From positions 512,001 to 576,000 of the forward strand of contig CAXNJO010000002.1 of NCBI GenBank assembly GCA_964202905.1: a DNA stretch of 64,000 bases. Direction: 5' to 3'. The position numbers and the translations under genes are program-made. The DNA comes from Polyangiales bacterium. GTDB taxonomy: Bacteria; Myxococcota_A; Polyangia; Polyangiales; JADJQN01. Shown in pieces: positions 1 through 7,767 of this stretch; within the stretch, counting starts at the first letter, position 1; every line of letters starts with the position of its first letter. Below the pieces are notes generated by a model. That model was not told where the DNA came from, did not search any database, and saw only the letters and a program-made list of their open reading frames with translations.

Positions 1-522
1 CGCAACTTCGTCACCGACGAGAAGAACGACACCTGGGTCACCGACGTGACGTGCATCTGGACGCGCAGCGGCTGGCTGTTCCTCGCCGTGATGCTCGACT
101 TGTTCTCGCGCCGCGTCGTCGGCTGGGCGACGAGCGCGACGAACGACCGCTTCCTGGCGCTCGACGCGCTCCGCGACGCGATCACGACGAGGCGGCCACC
201 AGCGGGCCTCGTGCAGCACTCCGATCGCGGAAGCCCCTACGCCAGCGACGACTACCGCGCCGAGCTCGAGCGCTTCGCCATGATCGCGAGCATGAGCCGG
301 AAGGGCGACTGCTGGGACAACGCCGTCGCCGAGAGCTTCTTCAGCACCTTGAAGACCGAGTTCGTCGGCGAGCACATCTACACGTCGCACGACGCGGCGA
401 CCGTCGCGATCGGCGATTACATCGACAACTTCTACAACACGCGACGTCGTCACTCGCATCTCGGGTACATGAGTCCTATCGAGTTCGAATTGATGAGTCA
501 GATTCAAGGGCGGGCTGCATAG
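1..522 (+). CDS. IS3-family transposase OrfB (rve integrase core), 5' part outside window
   Basis: W.TD.T.I, LDLFSRRVVGW, HSDRGSPY, SRKGDCWDNAVAESFF, YNTRRRHSHLGYMSP motifs of IS3 DDE transposases. Confidence 0.95.
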   Translation, partial: RNFVTDEKNDTWVTDVTCIWTRSGWLFLAVMLDLFSRRVVGWATSATNDRFLALDALRDAITTRRPPAGLVQHSDRGSPYASDDYRAELERFAMIASMSRKGDCWDNAVAESFFSTLKTEFVGEHIYTSHDAATVAIGDYIDNFYNTRRRHSHLGYMSPIEFELMSQIQGRAA

Positions 523-553
523 TCAAACTGTCCGCAGAACGGGGGGAGGTTCA
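1..553 (+). mobile_element. Right end of an IS3-family insertion sequence; terminal IR ~525-553 ending in CA-3'
   Basis: AAACTGTCCGCAGAACGGGGGGAGGTTCA directly follows the transposase stop; IS3 ends are TG...CA. Confidence 0.8.
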
Positions 554-589
554 CTGCGCCATCAACATGCGTAACCAACCGAATTCGTT

Positions 590-626
590 GCGTTCGCGCT
601 GTTAACCAGCGGGTCACCAGCGGGTC
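590..626 (+). other. tRNA-Asn anticodon-arm-like att remnant (inverted relative to the tRNA) with an 11-bp tandem duplication
   Basis: GCGTTCGCGCTGTTAACC vs tRNA GCGTTCG-GCTGTTAACC; ACCAGCGGGTC at 605-615 and 616-626. Confidence 0.5.
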
Positions 627-1320
627 ACCCCTGCAGCGTATTCGGTCCGGCCGCGCGCAGGAGACGGTAGTCCTGCGCGGCCTGCCACGCGGTCGCGAAG
701 GAGCACGAGGCCTTCCGCGCGATGTCGGCGATGGACAGATCGGGCCCATGCTCGAGCGCGGTCCACACGTCGGCGCGAAACGACGGGCCCATCAGCACTC
801 GGTTTCGGTAGCCCGCGTGACGTCGCACCAGGACCTCCGGTGGAAGCACGTCCTCGTGGCGGTCGCGGAGGGTGCCCTTGGGCACGCGCAGCTTCGACCC
901 GGTGAAGCGCTCATCCTCGCCGCGTCGTTTGACCTGGAACTCGGTCCCCGTCGGCAAGAGCTCGATCGGCGCCCCGTCGTAGGCCCCTCCGAGACGGGCG
1001 AGACGACGGTCCTTCTTGAGCCACGTCGCGATGGCCGACCAGTAGGCCCGAACGCGCTCGGACGGATGGGCGCCCACGAGGCGCACGAGCCGGTCGGCGT
1101 TCACGTGCGTGTGATGCACGCCGAGCCAGGTGGTCAGCACGGCGAGCACGCGGAGATCACCGTCGTCCATGCCGAGGACTGAGGCGTGCAAGAGCGTGCT
1201 CTCGATCTCCGCGTCGGCCTCTGCCTTCGCGGCGAAGTTCATCCCGATGCCCACCATGCGCGCTGTCAGATCGCCCTGCGCGGGCGTCGGTTCGGGGGCG
1301 GTCGCGCGGCTAAACGCCAT
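625..1320 (-). CDS. Hypothetical protein with C-terminal HTH; probable antitoxin/regulator partner of the DUF6036 NTase
   Basis: Likely start MAFSRATAPE overlaps the upstream stop; C-terminus DLSIADIARKASCSFATAWQAA is HTH-like. Confidence 0.7.
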   Translation of the reverse strand: MAFSRATAPEPTPAQGDLTARMVGIGMNFAAKAEADAEIESTLLHASVLGMDDGDLRVLAVLTTWLGVHHTHVNADRLVRLVGAHPSERVRAYWSAIATWLKKDRRLARLGGAYDGAPIELLPTGTEFQVKRRGEDERFTGSKLRVPKGTLRDRHEDVLPPEVLVRRHAGYRNRVLMGPSFRADVWTALEHGPDLSIADIARKASCSFATAWQAAQDYRLLRAAGPNTLQG

Positions 1321-1849
1321 GACCGAGCCTCCGCGCGAGGTCGGCGACCGTCGCCCGCACATGCGCAGGCCACAGCTCGTTTCCGTCCTGCAGCTCGAGC
1401 CACGGCATGCACTCGGCAAGCTCCTCCGCGGTCGGCGCGAGCGCGATGCAGTCGGGCAGATCGGTGCCGCGATCACAGAGCGCGAACAGCTTGCTCTTGA
1501 GCAAGTCGGACCTGCCGAGCGTGCCGAGCACGAGGGCTTGCCCTTCGAAGATGCGCTGCACACGCTCGCGCCACCCAGCGGGCAGAACCTCGCCGAGCTG
1601 CATCGGACCGTTGTTGAGCCAGTCGTCCTGCAGGTCGACGCCGGCCTGGCGCTGCGCCTTCGCGAAGTCGCGCGCAGCCGAGGCGATCTCCCGCGGTAGC
1701 TCAGGCACCAGGATGTCGAAGTCGCGCGTCGGCCGCTGGATGACGCCCATGAGCCCGAGCGCCGAGCCACCGATGACGACGCCCTCGAAGCGCAGGCCGA
1801 GCCCGAGCAGGTGGCGGTCGAAGGCTTCGATGGTCGGGCGGGGCAGCAT
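1310..1849 (-). CDS. DUF6036-family nucleotidyltransferase (putative TA toxin)
   Basis: VVIGGSAL...RPTRDFDI pol-beta-like NTase motif; WLNNGP; KSKLFALCDRGTDLPD. Confidence 0.8.
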   Translation of the reverse strand: MLPRPTIEAFDRHLLGLGLRFEGVVIGGSALGLMGVIQRPTRDFDILVPELPREIASAARDFAKAQRQAGVDLQDDWLNNGPMQLGEVLPAGWRERVQRIFEGQALVLGTLGRSDLLKSKLFALCDRGTDLPDCIALAPTAEELAECMPWLELQDGNELWPAHVRATVADLARRLGHGV

Positions 1850-1864
1850 GGGTTTCTCGATCGA

Positions 1865-1883
1865 GTATCGGATAATCCGATAC
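1865..1883. promoter_or_regulatory. Perfect 9-bp inverted repeat, putative operator of the DUF6036 operon
   Basis: GTATCGGAT-A-ATCCGATAC just upstream of the ATG at 1849. Confidence 0.6.
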
Positions 1884-1987
1884 CACTCTGCGCCAGGCCG
1901 AGCCTTTCGTCAAGCGGCTGAGGCGAGAGGGCAGTTGCCCATGCCCGCGGCCCGCGGCGCGCCCTCGTTGGCGGACCACCCTGCTGG

Positions 1988-2057
1988 GCTAGTAACGTAT
2001 ACTTGACTAATGCTACATTCTAGTAAAGGATACGTTCCTAGCGCGTGGCGCTAGTAA
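1988..2057 (+). promoter_or_regulatory. AT-rich Fic promoter/operator region
   Basis: CTAGTAA at 1989, 2020 and 2051; 13-bp IR 1988-2000/2030-2042 (1 mismatch); TTGACT -35-like box at 2003. Confidence 0.6.
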
Positions 2058-2113
2058 CGCCGGCTTTCCCAGCCTGCGCGCCTGGTCAAGCGGGCGTTCC
2101 GAGCGGAGCCGAC

Positions 2114-3314
2114 ATGCGCATCCGAAGCACCGGACGATACGAGCGGACCACCGCGGGTGAGGAAGAGGTCGCGGCCTTCGTCCCGCACGCGTTGCCGCCC
2201 GCGGACCCGCCCATCGTCGTCGACGCCGCCTTGGCCGAGCGCCTCCGTGCAGCTGAGCAAGCCCTCGTTCGTCTCGAGCTGGCCGGGGAGATGGTCCCAT
2301 CACTCGACTGGTTCATCTACGCGTTCGTCCGCAAAGAGGCCGTGCTCTCGTCGCAGATCGAAGGGACACAGGCGACCCTCGTCGACCTGCTCACGTTCGA
2401 GGCCCAGGATGGCGGCGAAAACAGCGCCGCACCCAACGCCGACGTCGAGGAGGTGTGTAACTACCTCGACGCGCTCGCCTACGCACGCGCGCAGCTCGGC
2501 GACCCGAAGGGTCTGCCCCTTTCGATGCGCCTCCTGAGCGAGACGCACTCGCGCCTCATGCGCGGCGTCCGCGGCGCCGAGAAGCTGCCCGGCGAGGTGC
2601 GTCGCAGCCAGAACTGGATCGGCGGAAGCCGCCCCGGCAACGCCGCGTACGTGCCGCCACCTCCGCAGGCGCTCGGCGAGGTGCTGGGCGCGTTCGAGAA
2701 GTACCTGCACTGCGGACGACTCGCTGCCGCCGCTGGTGCGCGCGGGGCTGCTGCACGTGCAGTTCGAGACCATCCACCCGTACCTCGACGGCAACGGCCG
2801 CATCGGGCGCCTGCTCGTGACGTTGCTGCTCGAGGACTGGAAGCTGCTGACCAAGCCGCTCCTCTACCTGAGCCTCTTCTTCAAGCGGCACCGCGAGGAC
2901 TACTACCGTCGCCTCAACGCGGTCCGCATCGAGGGCGACTGGGAGGGCTGGCTCGACTTCTTCCTCGACGGGGTCGGGACGATCGCCGACGAAGCGGTCG
3001 CCTCCGCGCGGGAGCTGTTCGCGCTCGTGGCCGCGGACCGCGCGCGCGTGCTCGCGCACGAAGGGATGTCCGTCGTCGCCCTGAGGCTCTTCGAGCTGCT
3101 GCCGCGCCACCCGGTCGTGACCGTCGCATCGGTGATGAGGCTCGTGGACACGACCAAGCCCACCGCGGGACGGGCGATCGAGCTGCTCGTGGCCGCGGGC
3201 GTTCTCGTCGAGACGACCGGCAAGAAGCGCGACCGCTCCTTCGTGTACCGGGGCTACCTCGATCGACTCCGTGTCGGCACCGAGCTCGACGGCGCCTCGC
3301 GAACCAGGACGTAG
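2114..3314 (+). pseudogene. Fic-family protein (N-terminal inhibitory helix, Fic core, C-terminal HTH), frameshifted at ~2711
   Basis: SSQIEG motif in the first frame, HPYLDGNGRIGR in the next; removing one base at ~2711 gives ...YLHADDSLPPLVRAGLLHVQFETIHP...; could be an assembly error. Confidence 0.85.
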
Positions 3315-3417
3315 TTCCTCCAGCCCCTGTCCCACTTCGGTCGGGGATCCCGCGTTTGCCACGCGCGATGCCCGACCGCTCACCCTGCGCCCGTCCGCCC
3401 GCGATATCTTCACGGTC

Positions 3418-4683
3418 TTGGACGCCGAGCCCACCGACGACCTGCCGCTCATCCGCTGCGCCGTGTACACGCGGCAGTCGGTGGTGCGCGTCGGCGACGA
3501 TCCTGCCCTCGCGTCCTGCGTCGTGCAGCGCACCCTGTGTACCGAGTTCATCCGCTCGATGGCCTGGAGGGGCTGGTACCCGATCGGCGAGCGCTTCGAC
3601 GACGAGGGCTACAGCGGCGCGACCATCGAGCGCCCCGGCCTGGAGAAGCTCATCGCGCGCATCCAGGACGGCGACGTCCAGCGCGTCATCGTCTACCGGC
3701 TCGATCGCCTCACGCGGAAGCTCACCGACTGGGCGTTGCTCGTGCGGGTGTTCGAGCGGTTCAACGTCGGCCTCACCGTCGTGCACGGCGCCATCGACGC
3801 CGAGGCCGGCTCGCTCGCGCGGCTGCAGCTCAACCTGCTCGCGACCTTCGCCGAGCTGGAGCGCGACATGATCGGCGAGCGTCTGGCCGACGCCCGCGCC
3901 ACGAAGAAGGCCCGCGGAGAACGCGCCGCAGGTCGCGTGCCTCTTGGCTACGCCGCGGATCCGAAGACGAAGCAGCTCGTCATCCTCGAGTCGGAGGCCG
4001 CCGTCGTGCGTTGGTTCTTCACGGAGGCCGGGAGCGGCAAGTCGACCGCCGAGCTTGTCGCGCGAGCGAACGCGCTCCGGCTCATCGCGAAGAACGGCAA
4101 GCGGGGCGAGTGGTCAGCGCGCTCCGTTCTGCGCCTCCTGCAGAACCCCGTGTACGCCGGTCGTCGCCCCGATGGCGCGGCCGCAGTGCACACCGCGATC
4201 TTGCCTGTGGTCCTCTACGAGCGCGTGCAGGCAGCGATCGTCGCACGCAAGACGAGAGCCACCACGACGCGATCGAAGGTCGACGAGCGCGACGATCCTT
4301 TCCTCCTTCGCGGCCTGCTGGTCTGCGAAGGGTGCGGTCGCACGATGACGACCTCGATGAGCACCGCGCTCACCAAGAAGACCGCCCCGAAAGCGCCGCG
4401 CTACTACCGATGCCGCACAGAAGGCTGCGACGGCGGTCAGATCGCGGCCACCGATGTCGAAGGCATGGTCCTCGAGGCTCTCCGCAGGCCGCAATGGAAC
4501 TGGTCCGACGCAGCGAAGCAGCGGCTCGCGCAGCTCGCCTCGACGTGGGATGTGCTCTGGCCGCAGAACCGGCGCCGCGCGCTCGCCGACGCGTTCGAGA
4601 CGATGACGTGGCGGTCGCGAACGAAGCGGCTCCTGGTGCGGTTGCGCAGCGAGCCGAGCCCCGAAGGGCCCGCGGCTTCGTGA
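3418..4683 (+). CDS. Large serine recombinase (resolvase + recombinase + zinc-ribbon domains); start uncertain (frame open from 3271)
   Basis: CAVYTRQS catalytic Ser, DEGYSG..ERPGL, VYRLDRLTR, FAELERDMIGER, PLGY, LLRGLLVCEGCG...YYRC. Confidence 0.92.
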   Translation: MDAEPTDDLPLIRCAVYTRQSVVRVGDDPALASCVVQRTLCTEFIRSMAWRGWYPIGERFDDEGYSGATIERPGLEKLIARIQDGDVQRVIVYRLDRLTRKLTDWALLVRVFERFNVGLTVVHGAIDAEAGSLARLQLNLLATFAELERDMIGERLADARATKKARGERAAGRVPLGYAADPKTKQLVILESEAAVVRWFFTEAGSGKSTAELVARANALRLIAKNGKRGEWSARSVLRLLQNPVYAGRRPDGAAAVHTAILPVVLYERVQAAIVARKTRATTTRSKVDERDDPFLLRGLLVCEGCGRTMTTSMSTALTKKTAPKAPRYYRCRTEGCDGGQIAATDVEGMVLEALRRPQWNWSDAAKQRLAQLASTWDVLWPQNRRRALADAFETMTWRSRTKRLLVRLRSEPSPEGPAAS

Positions 4684-4797
4684 GGTCATCGACCCGATCG
4701 ACGACGTTGATGGGATCTCGTCGAGGACGCGTTCACCAGCGCCTGCGCCACTTGTCTCCCCGCTGGCCACGCACAGGAGCTCCCCGCGGCAACCTCG

Positions 4798-4931
4798 ACT
4801 TCACTAAAAACGCCTGGTTCACCTGAGCGGTAGACCTCGGTCTTTTAGTGAAGTAACCCGGTCCGGTTGGACATCAAGGTTCACTAAATCCGCCAGCTTC
4901 ACTTTCGGGTGAACCAGTGCTATTTAGTGAA
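4798..4931. promoter_or_regulatory. Two tandem inverted-repeat operators upstream of the AbiEi-like gene
   Basis: ACTTCACTAAAA 4798-4809 / TTTTAGTGAAGT 4843-4854; TTCACTAAAT 4880-4889 / ATTTAGTGAA 4922-4931; ATG at 4934. Confidence 0.75.
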
Positions 4932-4933
4932 GC

Positions 4934-5983
4934 ATGGCCGTCCGAACCATGGAAATGCAGCTCGTTGCGGAAGTCCCCGCGGCGCTGGCGAGCCTCCTGG
5001 ACGTACCCCAGGAGGACGTGAAGGTCGAGGCTGGAAGCGAGGCTGACCTGCGCGTGAGCGCGGCCGGGCACTCCTTCGTGGTCGAGGTGCTCGGTGCCGC
5101 GTCGCCTGGTGCGCTGGCGGCCCACGCCTCGCAGGTGGCCGCTTCTGCCCGCCGCCAGGGTCGAAAGGCCGTGCCGCTCCTGGTGGTGCCCTTCATGGGC
5201 GACGCGGGGCGCAGGGTCTGCGAGGACGCGAGCATCCCGTGGTTCGACCTCAGCGGGAACGCGCACATCGTCGCGCCCGGCATCCGAATCATCGTCGACG
5301 GACGGCCGAACCGCTTCCGTGGGCCCGGCCGCCCGGCGAGCATCTTTGCGCCCAAGAGCGCACGCGTCGTGCGCTGGCTGCTCGAGAACGAAGGTCGCGC
5401 CCTCACGCAGCGGGAGATCGCGCGCGCGACCGACATGACCGACGGCTTCGTCAGCCGCATCGCTTCTCGCCTCGAGGACGAGAGCTACGTCTTGCGAGAG
5501 CCGGGCGGCGCGCTCCGCGTGAAGGACCCGGCGCTCCTTCTCGATGCGTGGCGCGACGAGTACCGCTTCGACAAGCATGTGCTCCTCCAGGGGCACGTCG
5601 CCGCGCGCTCGGGCGACGCGCTCGCCCGCTTCGTCGGCGACACGCTCGCGGAAGGCTCGGTCGAGCACGCAGCCACCGGCCTCGCGGCGGCCTGGCAGAT
5701 GACGCACTTCGCTGCGTTTCGCATCGCGACCTTCTTCCTCGCCGAGTCCCCCTCGAAGGAGCTGCGTGAGAAGCTCGGCTTCCGCGAGGACGCGCGCGGT
5801 GCGAACCTCTGGCTCGTGCTTCCGAATGATGCCGGCGTCTTCCACGGAGCGGAGACGCGCGACGGCCTGCGGTGCGTCCACCCAGTTCAGGCTTACGTCG
5901 ATCTCAAGGCGCACCCCGAACGCGCGACGGAGGCGGCCGAGCGTCTGCGAAGCGAGCTGCTGAGCTGGAGGCATGATGGCTGA
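4934..5983 (+). CDS. Type IV TA AbiEi-like antitoxin / wHTH transcriptional regulator
   Basis: DLSGNAHI, HTH LTQREIARATDMTDGFVSRI, LLDAW, ATGLAAA, GANLWL, VHPVQAYVDL motifs; upstream of an NTase. Confidence 0.8.
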   Translation: MAVRTMEMQLVAEVPAALASLLDVPQEDVKVEAGSEADLRVSAAGHSFVVEVLGAASPGALAAHASQVAASARRQGRKAVPLLVVPFMGDAGRRVCEDASIPWFDLSGNAHIVAPGIRIIVDGRPNRFRGPGRPASIFAPKSARVVRWLLENEGRALTQREIARATDMTDGFVSRIASRLEDESYVLREPGGALRVKDPALLLDAWRDEYRFDKHVLLQGHVAARSGDALARFVGDTLAEGSVEHAATGLAAAWQMTHFAAFRIATFFLAESPSKELREKLGFREDARGANLWLVLPNDAGVFHGAETRDGLRCVHPVQAYVDLKAHPERATEAAERLRSELLSWRHDG

Positions 5984-6827
5984 GAAACCCAAGCACGCGT
6001 CGGAGTACAAGAGCGAGCAGGTCGAGCTCGTTCGCGCGATGTGCCTCTACGTCGCCACGAAGCTCGGCGACATGATGGACGACCTGCTCATCGTCGGCGG
6101 CTTGGTGCCGTCGCTGATCATCGACCAAGAGCACCTCGGCGAGGACGTGGATCCGCACGTCGGGACCATGGACCTCGACGTCGGACTTCAGGTCGCGTTG
6201 CTGAACGAGGGCCGCTACCGGCAGCTCACCGAGCGCCTGCGCGACGCGGGGTTCGAGATGGACAAGAACGACGCCGGGATCCCAACCCGTCAGCGCTGGG
6301 CCATCGCGAATGCGGAGCGCGTCACCATCGACTTCCTCATCCAGCCGACGCTCGAGGGGGACAAGGGCGGCAAGCTCCGCGACCTCGAGCCGGACTTCGC
6401 GGCGATCATCGCCCCGGGGCTGCGCTGCGCGTTCCGGGACCGCAAGCAAGTGACCATCAAGGGCACGACCCTCTTCGGCGAGAAGGCGACCCGGGACATC
6501 TGGGTGTGCGACGCCGGCGCGTACGTGGTGCTCAAGGCCCTCGCGTTCGATAGCCGCGGCGAGAACAAGGACGCCTACGACCTCTACTACGTTGTCCGGA
6601 ACTACGGCGCGGGCCCGACCGACGTCGCGTCGAAGCTGCAACCGCTGCTCGACGATGCCGACGCGCAGCGCGCCCTGACCATCCTGAAGCGCGACTTCTC
6701 CGAGCCAGACGCGGTCGGGCCGATGCGAGTCGCGGCCTTCGTCACCGGTGGAAGGGACGAGCAGCTTCAGGCGGATGTGGTCGGCTTCACCGGCCAGCTG
6801 CTCGCGAAGGTGAAAAGCGCGGGCTGA
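5973..6827 (+). CDS. AbiEii-like nucleotidyltransferase toxin
   Basis: LIVGGLVP, HVGTMDLDV, LKALA...KDAYDLYY; overlaps the antitoxin stop. Confidence 0.8.
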   Translation: MMAEKPKHASEYKSEQVELVRAMCLYVATKLGDMMDDLLIVGGLVPSLIIDQEHLGEDVDPHVGTMDLDVGLQVALLNEGRYRQLTERLRDAGFEMDKNDAGIPTRQRWAIANAERVTIDFLIQPTLEGDKGGKLRDLEPDFAAIIAPGLRCAFRDRKQVTIKGTTLFGEKATRDIWVCDAGAYVVLKALAFDSRGENKDAYDLYYVVRNYGAGPTDVASKLQPLLDDADAQRALTILKRDFSEPDAVGPMRVAAFVTGGRDEQLQADVVGFTGQLLAKVKSAG

Positions 6828-7153
6828 CCCGCCCGCACGAAACGGAACCAGCGGTTCCCTTCTGTGCGGCCCTGTCCCCGCAGCGCCTTCCGGCCGGCTT
6901 GCCCCCGAGACCGCCGGTCATCGAGCTGGAGCCGCTCATGAGTGCCGAGGAGCGCCTGGCCGATCTCCGACCCGGTCTTCGTCGGCTTGCAGTTCACGTA
7001 GGCGAGCAGGCAGTGCATGCGCAGGCGATCGGCCTGCCCGGTCAGCGACAGCATCGCCGGGCCGAGCGAGTCGAGGAACTTGCTCGACCACTGCGACGTC
7101 TCGGTGATCCTCCACCAGCCGTGGTACTCGGGCGGGATCGAGTCGAGGTCCAT
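6767..7153 (-). pseudogene. Truncated/chimeric small hypothetical protein
   Basis: N-terminus (GWWRITETSQW...LDSLGPAMLSL...VNCKPTKTG) looks protein-like; after ~6970 it reads into unrelated sequence and overlaps the convergent toxin gene. Confidence 0.45.
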
Positions 7154-7260
7154 GCGCGCATCACCATGCCATGAGCCCGGGCGTTCTTCGCGCGCGTTCT
7201 TTCCCCTGAGCGAGACCAGAGAGCGCGCGGTGGAACACGGCCTCGACGTCTTCGCCGGGC

Positions 7261-7571
7261 TGGTCAGTTAAACGTCAGCGGCTCCGTCCACCGAAAACCG
7301 GGCTCCGCTGTTAAACGCTCTCGGTTCCTCTCTCCCCGCGGGCCAGAAGAGAGAGCGCGAACGCCGTCCAGAGCACCCTCGACGCGTCGCTCCTTCGCGC
7401 CCGCGGCGCTCTCTGCGCGAACGCTGTCCACGCGCGCGGCGCGCTCGCCGAGCGTCGCAAGGTCGCGGAAACTGTCGGGGGAGAAACGCAAGCGGCCCCG
7501 GAGGATCGCTCTCCGGAGGCCGCTGTTTACTGACGCCTCTCGCGAAGTTCGCGACGAGGTAGAAATGGCTC
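7261..7571. repeat. Diverged direct-repeat copy of the ~310-bp tRNA-flanking element end (partner 12483-12785)
   Basis: Colinear blocks CAGTTAAACGT, GCTGTTAAACGCTCTCGGT, GAACGCTGTCCACGCGCGCGGCGCGCTCG, CTGTCGGGG, GAGGCCGCTGTT, CGAAGTTCGC, GAAATGGCTC. Confidence 0.92.
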
Positions 7572-7615
7572 TGGGACAGTTAATCGAACTCGCGACCGGC
7601 CGGCTAACAGCCGGC
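7566..7615 (-). pseudogene. Degenerate 3' half of tRNA-Asn (anticodon arm to CCA); att junction
   Basis: Ungapped 34/50 identity to 12780-12829 (counted by hand); keeps CCA, GTTCGA and a 5-bp stem GCCGG-CTGTTAG-CCGGC. Confidence 0.8.
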
Positions 7616-7767
7616 ACCGCAGGCGCCAGTAATATCAACCACTTGCGCGCTCTGGACGGCGTTCGCTTATCCGCCATGCGTGGCGGATATTTGGCGGAAG
7701 GCTCCGAATGCTCGCCCTTTGTGCTCCACCCCGGGACGGCTTCTCTGCGCTCGCAGCGTCCCATCGG

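Noticed and set aside
2045..3871. 608-aa ORF as a Fic fusion protein
   Set aside because: After ~2711 it is out-of-frame read-through over the real Fic C-terminus and the recombinase.
7566..7640. A second functional tRNA-Asn
   Set aside because: No D arm or 5' acceptor strand, and the T stem does not pair; treated as an att remnant.
7264..7764. 166-aa ORF (and 12377-12745) across the conserved repeat as a protein gene
   Set aside because: The two copies differ by indels that are not multiples of three and conserve palindromes rather than codons.
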